DNA of 64,000 nt from Utricularia gibba (Eukaryota; Plantae; Magnoliophyta), in assembly GCA_002189035.1 (NCBI GenBank), contig NEEC01000007.1:248001-312000 (forward strand), given 5' to 3'. The position numbers and the translations under genes are program-made. Under the pieces are notes generated by a model. It was not told the DNA's origin. It did no database searches and saw only the letters and a program-made list of their open reading frames with translations. Below are positions 12,761 through 23,152 of the stretch, one piece after another; position 1 is the first letter of the stretch, and the number at the start of each line of letters is the position of its first letter.

Positions 12761-13648
12761 TTTCCTTCATTGAACCTCTAGTACTCATATGCAATATATA
12801 ATGAGCACTGGATGTGATCATTATATGTATTTCTGCTTGTAAATATACCTGGTGCTGGGTGTGGCCGCTTCAACCCAACTCTTTCTGCATGTTTCAAGAA
12901 AAGGAGAACAAGAAAACAAGCTTTTTCTGATCAGCTTTTGGGTTTTTGTGCCTGAGCTGTGGTACCTAACACGACTTTCATGGCTGCTTTTTGTCGGCAC
13001 TTAGCACTAAACGCCGGTTCTTATCCCAAAATATCTACTCGCCTGAGGGGATTCTCGCCCACGATCAGCAGTGACGATGATGATGATGAATCAGAATGTT
13101 TCACTTTCTCGTCAATCACTCCCACTAACACAAGGAAGCGCCTTTTTTGCTGACACGAAAGGGCGAAATCAATTTCTAGACCATGAGTACTCGGGCAAAC
13201 TTTCATCATTCCAGAGAGGATCATCGTCACCACTAGAAGACCCACCTAGCAAAACATTTTTCGTTCCGCATGTGCTGCGCAATCCCAATCCCACCGAAGC
13301 AAAAAGCTTCTTCCTGTATTTCTTGCTTTAATGCCCACGCGGCCACCATCCTTCTCTTCCAGTCTCGATTTTGATTTCTCTGGAATCCAATCACTCCTCT
13401 TCTGGGTTCGTCGGCGATCAACAGTTATCTAATCTGCCTTTGTGGGTAAGACCTAAGAAGCTATATGGGCTTTGTTTCTTACTGAAGATCATGCTGTTGT
13501 TGCTGGCTGTTCTTGATCAGGGATTGGGATGGATTCCCTTTTGTATATTCTGTGTTCTTGTGTTATCCTGTCCTATGCAGTTGAATTCTAGAGTGGCTTC
13601 ACTTTATCCTTGTGACTTCTACTGAGAAAACATGTGCCAGGCTTTGAC

Positions 13649-14539
13649 ATGGACATGGAAAGCTTGCCATCGCTTCTTACAAACTCGGGTTGGCCAATGT
13701 GGCAAAGCAGCAGCGGTACCACATGGACCAAAGAAGAGAACAAGAAGTTTGAGAATGCTCTGGCGCTTGTCGATGAGAAGCATCCGAACCGGTGGTTTCT
13801 TGTAGCGGATTTCATCCCCGGAAAATCTGTTCTTGACGTGATGAATCAGTACAGAGTACTAGCCGCAGATGTTAGGGACATAGAGAAAGGTCTGTTTCCG
13901 ATTCCGGGAGACTTGGCTTCTTCGTTTACATTGGGAGCAACCGATAACCGCAGTTTTCATGTTTATGCCAAGAGGGCTAGGGCCGGTGATCAGGAACGAA
14001 GGAAGGGTGTCCCTTGGACAGAAGATGAACACAGGTACTTGCTTACCTAAGAAGATGCTTACGCAGTGTCTACTTCTTTACATTTCTTTTTTGGGTGTTG
14101 CTCTTGCTGCTGAGTTCCTTCTACGGGGCACACGGATCATATGAAAAGCTTCTCCCTTTTCCCTTGTAGCTTAAAAGTGCTCTCCCGTTGTTGAGCAATG
14201 CAGGCGTTTTCTTCTGGACTAGAGAAGCACGGCAAGGGTGACTGGAGGAGCATATCCAGAAACTATGTGATCTCAAAAACCCCAACGCAGGTTGCAAGCC
14301 ATGCCCAGAAGTACTATCTGCGGCGGAACTCCGGTAACAAAGACCGGAAAAGGCCAAGCATCCACGATATAACAATCGTCGATGAACCGCGTGTCTCTGA
14401 GATTGGTAGCACATCTGAGGGTCCCTCCATCACTACCAAGATAGAGATGGAATGGGATCAGAGCGCTGAAGGAGGCATTGTGGTGCTGAACTCGACCGGC
14501 TATCCAAACCAGCTCATCGCCTGGAGTCAGGGGTACTGA
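13649..14539 (+). CDS. DIVARICATA-like MYB transcription factor (two SANT/MYB repeats, SHAQKY type); 2 exons (13649-14034, 14204-14539), frameshift at 14216-14217
   Basis: [14 protein letters not shown]...[13 protein letters not shown]; [14 protein letters not shown]; [27 protein letters not shown] and [10 protein letters not shown]. The spliced frame reads RRFLLD* unless one G is added, which gives RRFLLGLEKHG. Confidence 0.88.
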
Positions 14540-15287
14540 TGCTTTGGGTTCTCTGTGTTCAGCCGGCAGCAGATTGTGAAGAGGTGTGCTTGTTTGTACA
14601 AAACAGTCCAGATAATAACACCAACCTCCTCTGTGTCTGTACTCCAAACATTCAGTCTGCTAAAAGGAGACCTGCTGCTGTAAGGGTAGTAGAGATGAAT
14701 GTGTCGAAAACAAACAACTCACTTTCAACGAAGACGATCAAACTGACTTTTTTGCTCAGACTCCACGGCGGCATCGGCTGAACCGGGCTTGGGCTTAAGG
14801 TCCGGTCTCCAAAAGCCGGCAGTGCGCGTACCTGAGTGGAGAGATGATGGTGAAGAAAGCAACAGCCCTCTTTTTACTGGGGCCCGGGGGCACGTAATTT
14901 TCATTCATCATCAATCAGCCTTTGAACACGATGACGTCACGCCACCTTCAAGGCACTGACTTCTCCAAAGGAATTGACGTCATCTGTAATTAGTTGCAAT
15001 AAAGGGCGTTCATAAATTTCTTATTCGTAGAACCTTCCCGAGAGTTCTGGATATGAGATCGGAATCTTCCAGCTTGGACACAGGCCCGGCCCAGATACGA
15101 AACTCGAACAGGCCCAGCCCCACAACGAATACAACGCGAAAGTAATTTTTTTGTTTTTGGGTTTTTATTTTGTCATGGAGAAAAGGAAAGAATGATTTAA
15201 TTTAATTACTAATATGTATGAGGTATGGGGGTCAAATGAACATACAAAAAATAAAATTAGGGCATCCCAATTCCCAACGGAGCGTTT

Positions 15288-16710
15288 TCAGACATGACCG
15301 TTGCGGCGGCGCCGTTCGGGACTGTGTCCGCGGCTCAACCGCTCACCGAGAAACGTTTTCGCGGCGTCCAAGCTTGGGAAATACGTCGGCTCGAGGAAAA
15401 TCTGGCCTAACACGTCGCCCGATTCGCCGCCGCCACCGCCGTTGGCCTCCAAGCTTCCCATCAGCGCCGTGAGGAGCTGCTTGTATGAGAAGAAAAATCC
15501 CTTCACCGCAGCTTCCACTGCCTGCATCGCTTGCAGGAGGTGGATTTTGGAGGGATCCTCCTTCAAGCGGTATAATTCCATGGCGGCATCTTGAATCCTC
15601 GGACCACCGGTGGGATCAACTTCCACTCCTAGGACAGCCGGGACCCTGTGTCTCAGATTCTTTGAGGATTTCGTGATCTCGACGAGGTCGCGCGATCGGA
15701 AACAGAAGAGCTCCGATGGTGAATTCGCCTTGATCATCAACTGATTCTTCAATCTGAGGAAATCGTCGGGATCCATGAGCATGTGCAGATCTTCGATTTG
15801 CGCCATGATTTTCCACACTTTCTCCAGAATCCAACAATTTCCGGCAGCTCTATCGTAGCGCCCGCCGTCGATTTCATCGGAGATTCTCACAATCAGCTCC
15901 TTGGCGACGCGGATCCACGATTCGAGGATCTGGTGCGTGGAGTAGACGCTACGGTTCTCGAAATTGCTCCCCTCTACGTCGTCGTATGGGCTCTTCTTGA
16001 GCGCGTGGAGCTCCGCGGGCCTACAGATGAGATCAAAATTGACGCTCGGTTTTCCGCTCAGGTTCGGTTCTCCCAAACCTAGAGTGAACGGGCACGATTT
16101 CATCCTGCACTCGATACAGAACTGGATCTTCTTCGCAACGTCCTCTGTCTTCTGCCACGTGGCCAGCTTCGGTAGGATACTTCCCTCGCTGATTTGGCTC
16201 ACCACCACCGTATCATCCGCCATTTTCCACACCTCCGCCGAGCTATTTTCTCGAGCCACGGCGCCCCCATCGGAAGTCAGATCCAAAATCGGTATCGTGC
16301 CGCGCGTCTCCACATCCTCCTCATCGTCCTCACAAATCCAAGCCACCAAATCCACCTCGCTCTCCACCAACGCCTCCAGCCTCCGCCGCCACTCCCGGCG
16401 GTTGACGTACGGCCTCGGATCCGAAACCCCCGCGGATATAAACCTAAACGTGATTTCCAACGCCATCATCGCCGGGCGCATCACCGCCTCACTCCTCCAC
16501 CCCGGAAACTCATTCAATCCCCATAGCTTCCTCAGCGCGGGAGGCGAAGGTACTGGTCGTAGGCGGAGCAGGCGGCGTCGGACGCCGGCGCAAGCTCTTC
16601 CACACCTCCTCGCCGCGGCGGAACCGAAATCTGTAGCTTGTTGACGAATCGCGGGACTTTGTAGGGATCTCGGAGGAGATCATCTTGTTCATCCAATCCA
16701 AATCAACCAT
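15288..16710 (-). CDS. HSPRO2: Nematode-resistance protein-like HSPRO2 (Hs1pro-1 family), intronless, with two apparent frameshifts at about 16654 and 16540
   Basis: MVDLDWMNKMISSEIP start. Adding two bases restores KSPRFVNKLQISVP...CSAYDQYLRLPALRKLW, which joins the 409-aa ORF (EFPGWRSE, ALEITFRF, ENRSVYSTHQILESW, LGVEVDPTGGPRIQDAAM, FLEPTYFPSLDAAKTFLG). Confidence 0.9.
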
Positions 16711-18324
16711 CTGAACAACGAGTGTGAAGAAGAATTCAGCTTTGAGGTAAAATCGGATAAGGGCGAAGGCTATAAATAGCAGGAGAGGAGGGATCGCGAG
16801 GACGCAACAGTCGAAAAGCGTGTGGACGAGACCGACGAATTTCAAAAGGCGTGGCGGTGCTATTTTGAACGCTGCTTTGTTATTTCAAAAATACACAATA
16901 ATAATAATAATATTTATTTATTTATTTAGTTCCCTGTTAAGGATAAGAAGTAAAATCTTATCCGTTGAAATATCCCAATCTGATGGCGTGAAGGCCGCGG
17001 CGCAGGCGCTGGCGCTGGCAGGCGTGCCCTGTCTTCCGCCAACCAGATTCTGCCACATCCCCGCTGGGTTTACTGCACCACTCGTACCCTTTCAGATTTT
17101 TTAATCACGTTACTTGGTCTGGTCTAACTCTACCCACTTGTCTCATCCAACCCAATCCAATCCGATCAAATCTAACCTTGGCATTAAAAATAAGCCGATT
17201 TTAATGATTTATTCATAATAATAAATAGAACAGAATAGAATTTACACATGAATCCAAAAGAAGCGGCGGAGGTAAAGGAAAAGGTTAAAGGGTTATATGG
17301 CCTTGCGTTGCGTCCAAAACTCCTGACGAGGATGTGGATGAATCTATCTAATCTTTTGCCGCGTCTGGTTTCCATTACCAGGAAACTTGTTCATTTGTCC
17401 AAACCGGGATTCAATCAGCAAAACGGATGGATATACTCACAAGTAAGAATCACGCATGTATTATTATTGTTATTGGTTTGACAAGATGATGTGGATGATG
17501 ACACAGGTCACGCCTAACAATTTGGAACTCCTTTTCAAAGCCTATTGGCGTGAGCGTTTAGGTAGGTAATTAAGTGATGCTGAACCAACGACTCTTTCCT
17601 GCTTCTAGATGAGATAGATCGTCTTGGTCGGGGAATGGGGAAAAATCCTTTGCTCCCAAACAATGAACCCCTAAATTTAATACTATTTTTTAATCTCATA
17701 TACATGGACTTATTTAAAATCAAATCTCTCTTATTTGAATTAATACCAATTATATTCTCACTAATTAAATAATATGTAAAAAAACTAATTCTTTTATATC
17801 GATTTTACTTTAAAGTAAAGTAAATTAAATTATTTTTATATGTCATCCAATGGTGAGTAACTTCTCAGGCAATAAATGAACACCCATGATGCTGCAACGC
17901 CACCAAAATCCTCCAAATTCATAATAATAAAAGAATTCATGGCTAGGAATATAATACATCCATGTTTTAAAAATCTCACTCCCATTTGAATTAATTATTT
18001 ATGATATTAATTGAATTAATAATCAACCGTGATGTTTTTAATAAGAAAAATATGTGTTTTTTTAAGTCACGGCGTAAATTACGACTTACTTTTTGAAATG
18101 GTGAATGATGCATGCAAAAGTTTTTTTGATAATTTAAAACAATAAATAATTCAAGCCGGGGACGGAAGCCCTGCAGCCCCACTTGCGCATCAATGGATAA
18201 TATCAAATAATTCGATATTGATTTATTAAAAGACGACGTGAGCAAATATTTTTCAACGTGCACGGCGAGGACGAGTCGCTTGTGGTCAACAAACAACCAA
18301 AAAAAATAAAGTCCTGGGATTAAA

Positions 18325-18345
18325 TATAATATAATATAATATAAT
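18325..18345. repeat. (TATAA)4 short tandem repeat
   Basis: Direct reading of tataatataatataatataat. Confidence 0.7.
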
Positions 18346-19511
18346 AATCAGCAGATTTGGATAAGCTTGGAATAAAAAGTCAAAGAGGCAGCTGGGCAGC
18401 CTAATCCGCCCCCTTGCTGCCTTTCCATACTATTCTTTATTTTTCTTTCACAAGTATTAAATATTAATAATATATTAAAAAATAGCATTTTTCTAATCCC
18501 CGGAAGGCAACAAAGGTCGGCGGGAATAGCGTAGGACAAGTGATTTGGTATTGCTGTTGTGGGTGTGTGTGTGTGGGGACTGGGGAGGCAGAGAAGAGAT
18601 CCTCCGTGTCACGTTTTATCCTGTGAGGACGATCAACGCGGATTCATTTCAAAGATGACAGCTCAGCAGCAATAACTCGGATATTCTTTTTTTGGGATTA
18701 TGAAGACTAACTCTAACGTTCAATTAAAGCTCTGTTTATTTTTGTTTTTAATTTTAAAAAAATGATTCACAAACTGATAGAAACGGATATGAAACTGCTT
18801 CAAAAAAATTTAACGTTTAAAATTGATTCAATGTTTATGCTTCAAAAAAAAAAACGTAATTTATTTCTAATTTCAATAAAAATCATTTCAAAAACAAGTT
18901 GAAATAAATAACTTATGCGTGTTATAGTGGCTGGTTGGTGCGGTAAATTAGTGAACCGGTGACTGGTGGTGAGGGGGCGACGCATGTGGCGTCACGTGGT
19001 GTGGATGGGAGGGGAGGGATGTCGGTTGGTGGCTTGCGGTTTCCTTAAACAAAAGCCACCGGCGCCGACGGGCATGGTGTGGTGATCGGCCGCCCCACAA
19101 TTCAATTTGGATTAAATGAAGCCCGCTCCTGGGGCACGTTGCCGTGTCCCTCCCGCTCCTGGATTCAAAAGCGATTTCCTGGTGTGACCACGCGGCGGAG
19201 TTGTCGCTGTTCGCCCATTAATACAGTGTTCCTTTCTGGATTCACCGCCGGAACGCACGCGTCGGCTTTCCTCCCACCGCCTCATCTCTTTTTCTCATTG
19301 CGTCGGCGACACCAACCCCCCCTGTCTCTCTGTCTCCCTTTCCTCTCCGGGTGCCCTACAATTTAATTTGGGGATTCGACGCCCTAATCCTGGATTCAAT
19401 TGCTGGGTATGGACCCGTGGTACAGGTCCAACATCATCTAATTGGGCCGAAGAAGCCGCTTTATTCATATGCAGCAAACAGTACAGGGATTCTTCTTTGG
19501 TTCTTTGGTCA

Positions 19512-20965
19512 TTACAACTTGATCAACACCTTGACGCACTTGGGTTCTTTGAGCAGCTGAAAAGCCTTGGTGATATCTTCAAGTGGAACTTCATCTGTTT
19601 GAAGCTTGCCCAAGTTCTGGATTTCCTGGACACATCATGAGCAGCCGTCAGTTTTCATCTCAAAAGAAACACTCCACACCACCCCAGCTGCCTAACCTTA
19701 CTGATGCATTTCTTGATGACAACCGGAAGATCAGACTGAACCTTAACCCCGCCGAAGACCGCATATTTGAATGTTCTGCAGCTCAAAAGGGTCACGAAGT
19801 CGATCTCCACGCTCTTCTCTGCCACTGCTCCCAGCATTATCATCTTCCCTACTCCCGCTTTGGTTGCCTCCAGAGCTTCATTGACCAGCTGCCCAACTCC
19901 TGTGCACTCAAAACAGAAGTCAACTCCGGTACCTCCAGTCAGTTCCTTGACAATTTCAGATATTGGCTTGTCACTTGTTTTGGGGTTCACAAAGTCGGTC
20001 ACTCCAAAGGCTTCTCCGACTGCACGTCTGCTTTCGTTTATATCGACCCCTATAATACGGCCTGCACCGTGAACCCGGGCACCCTCCACTGCCTGTAATA
20101 TTGTCAATCATGGTGAAGAAGAACTGCCAGGGATAAAAACCTAATGTTGAACAAGGGAGGATTCTTGATTCTTACTCCCAATCCAACAGCTCCAAGTCCC
20201 AAGACTGCAACAGTGGATCCTTTATGAACCTCTGCTTCCTTCCACACAGCCCCAAATCCGGTAGTGAAGCCGCAAGAGAGGAAACTGGCGTGGGGGAGAG
20301 GAATGCCGGAATCAACTTTGACAACGTAGTTGGCATCTACCACTGTATACTCAGACCAGGTGGAGCAGCTTAGGAAGTGATGGAGCAATTGTGGTTCACC
20401 ATTTTCACCTGGAACGGACATTCTGGAAGTGCCATCACTCATTAAACCAGTGAATGCTTGTAGTGGGTAGGTCTGGCAGAGATTAGTCTTCCCGGATTCA
20501 CAATTCTGGCACTCCCCACACTCACCCAAATAAGTTGGGATCACGGTGTCCCCTTCTTTCAAGTGCTTCACTCCTTTACCAACACTCTCCACAACGCTGC
20601 AACAAAACTATCAGGCAATGCATCAAGCACATGGATGGCACTGATAAACCATTACTAATCATATTCATTACCCAACACCTTCATGGCCGAGAACTCTGGG
20701 AAACAGAGGGGTGGGAAAGCCCCTGCAACCGAGTACATCAGTGTGACAAATGCTCGCAAAGAGCATCTTCACACGAACTTCACCGGATTTCGGGGCCTCC
20801 ACTCTGATTTCCTCCAGAACTGGATGTTCATTCTCCTTCCAAACAACAGCCGCTACACACATATTTACATTACCCACGCAGTCACAGGAATAAAACGAGA
20901 ATCGATCACAAGATGCAGAACGTACCTCGGGATGTGATTGCGACAGGCGGCGAGGTACCCGACAT
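19512..20965 (-). CDS. Zn-dependent medium-chain alcohol dehydrogenase, 8-hydroxygeraniol oxidoreductase (8HGO)-like; 5 coding exons
   Basis: [13 protein letters not shown]|AAVVWKE; catalytic CHTD and GHEG; structural-Zn [16 protein letters not shown]; [14 protein letters not shown]; [15 protein letters not shown]; last exon ends [10 protein letters not shown]. Exons 20965-20926, 20852-20672, 20596-20176, 20092-19697 and 19625-19512 are in phase. The motifs match Catharanthus 8HGO as recalled. Confidence 0.85.
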
Positions 20966-21418
20966 GGCTGCCAAAGTATTCGAACAAGAGAACTCCGAGT
21001 GTTTGACTGCTGAAAAGGGTGATTGCGCGCATGTGGTGTGGCGTCATTGCTTCCATAAATACGGATTTGTTGCGAAGAACACAGACCACTGGAAAAACTA
21101 CGAATTTTGAATGGCTCTCGTTGTGCGCGTGCGCCATTTTTTGATTTTCAAGCTTTTCTTCCTGGCTATCAGGATAAAGTTTGCATAATTCAAAGGAAAA
21201 AACAAAAAAGAAACAAATCTGGAAGAAAATTGCGTCGAGAAGACCACCACAACATCTTATTATAACAGAGGGTCAACAGCCAGCTAATACTTCGACTGTA
21301 GCCCCGGGAAGCTACCACGTGCGTTTCCGCTGCCCCGGAGCAGAATCCGGCGTCGTTTGCACCATCGCTAGTTGCTGCCCCTAATCGCGACAGGAGACCG
21401 GATGAAGAGTAATCACAA

Positions 21419-23055
21419 ATGGAGACAGGGAACCTGGTTTTGGAGAGGATCGGAGGAAGAACGAAGCTTACTCGTTGTTTTTCAAAGTACCCGCTGAAAT
21501 TCATCGTCCCAAACAACGTAACCTTCTTCGTTAAAATTACGGTTCCCTTCCTGCAAATTTGCCGCTTCACAGAAATGCTAATGTTTTAGGTTGGCCCGTC
21601 TGACACTGATGCTGTGTGGATTTACACGCTCAACTATGGTGGAGGAATCGTATCTGTAACTAATTGTCCTTCTCAGATACAATGCTAGGGATTCAGAATA
21701 CGTTTTGATCATCCATTAGGTTTTGAAAAATGCAGGGAGATTCAATATCTTTTGGCGTCACAGTTCGCAACGGATGCACAGCTGTCCTCACCACTCAATC
21801 ATCCACAAAGGTTCCTCGCATGATTATGCCGAGTGTTGTATTGCTCCGGGAACAAGGGTTTCATGTGACTGATAACTGATTTGGAAGGGTTGCAGGTCTA
21901 CAAGTCAATAGGATCCAAATGTTCAGAACAGATTATGCAGGTACTTCACCCCTCTTGCAATCTCATGATTTGGGAATGTGGAGATTAGGGGGACTTCATT
22001 ATGCTGTATTACATTCAGATCTCTTGATGGTTGAAGGTGAACTTGAATTTACAATGAGGTGCCTGTGAGTGCATAAGAACGATCATTAAGCTCATGAATT
22101 CATGATGCTAATCTTTGACATGTGTAGGTGACTCTTGGAAATCAGGCACTTTTGGCCGTGATTCCCGATCCAGTGACCTGCTTTTCAACTGCAAGGTATG
22201 ATCAGATACAGAAATTTAAGGTTAAGGCAGATTCAAGTCTGCTGCTTGTTGACTGGATAAGTAGTGGTCGCCATGAAAGAGGTGAAAAATGGTCCTTTGC
22301 GCACTACAAGAGCGTCAACCACATCATTTTGGAGGACAATGAGCCTGTGTTTCTTGATACGGTATTACTGTCACTAATTGCTGTACTGATATTACACAAG
22401 CTACCCTTGTATTTCCCCCGGGTCTCGCATTTGTAGACAAGGTTCGGTTTCGTTTCTGGGTGCGCAGATGTTGTTAGAACATGGAAGTGACTGCAGTATT
22501 TCCAGTCGTCTGCAAGGGTACCAGTCAATAGCAATGATAGTTCTTTTGGGGTATCCGTGATTCTGTGTTTCTCTCTATTTTCATGCAAATGTCAATAGTT
22601 GGAAGGTTGATCATTACAACGCATGGGTTGCTTGTAGGCCAAAGTTGAGGCATATCCAAATGGAAATCACGGAGCATGTGAAGGAATTGCTTCCCCAGCA
22701 AATTGGCTTACCGTCAAGTGGCCTCACAGATTCAAAGCCTAGTTTTCTGGCTTCTTCCAGCACTTTTGGTCCACAGGTGGATGCTTCCATAGTGCTGTAA
22801 CTAGAGCTTTGAGCTGCTTTTTTTCTGATGACAACTACTGTTAACCTTTCTCGAGTACCAACTGTTCAAAGATTTGGACTTCATGATAACTACTCCTGCC
22901 ACTGTTCCAATGTCTTTGGGCTAATATTGTGACGTGTGCAGGGAAATGGTGTTGTTGTCAGGATCGCATCAATGACAACCGAAGCCATTTACAGCTTCCT
23001 GCAAAAACAGTTGGCTGGAATGGAAACTCTGCTTGGAGCTTCACCATATTCCTAG
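21419..23055 (+). CDS. UreD: Urease accessory protein D, 8 exons
   Basis: METGNLVLERIGG...CFSKYPLKF, WIYTLNYGGGIVSGD, TTQSSTKVYKS, IPDPVTCFSTARY, LVDWISSGRHERGEKW and GVVVRIAS...LLGASPYS*. All junctions are in phase. Confidence 0.93.
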
Positions 23056-23152
23056 CACATAAATCTGCTGATTGATCACTTCTCATTTATAAACTCAGAG
23101 TCTGTATCCTTACCACACAAATTGAAGGTGGTATGGTATCAAAAGAATTTAG

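Noticed and set aside
12959-13421. Short ORFs with an acidic GAT repeat between ProT and MYB
   Set aside because: They are low-complexity, lack a coherent splice structure or family motif, and probably belong to the MYB promoter or 5' region.
15964-16644. 226-aa plus-strand ORF
   Set aside because: It is the antisense shadow of GC-rich HSPRO2 coding sequence and has no recognisable domain.
1501-16710. Calling ANKRD13-like, NEDD1, UGT, MYB and HSPRO2 pseudogenes
   Set aside because: There are no other disabling changes, motifs and splice sites are intact, and every lesion is of the same type.
19021-19069. GC-rich hairpin (GTCGG..GGTGGCTT / AAGCCACC..CCGAC) as a Helitron end or miRNA precursor
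   Set aside because: No CTRR terminus follows, the stem is too short and bulged for a pre-miRNA, and no conserved miRNA sequence was recognised.
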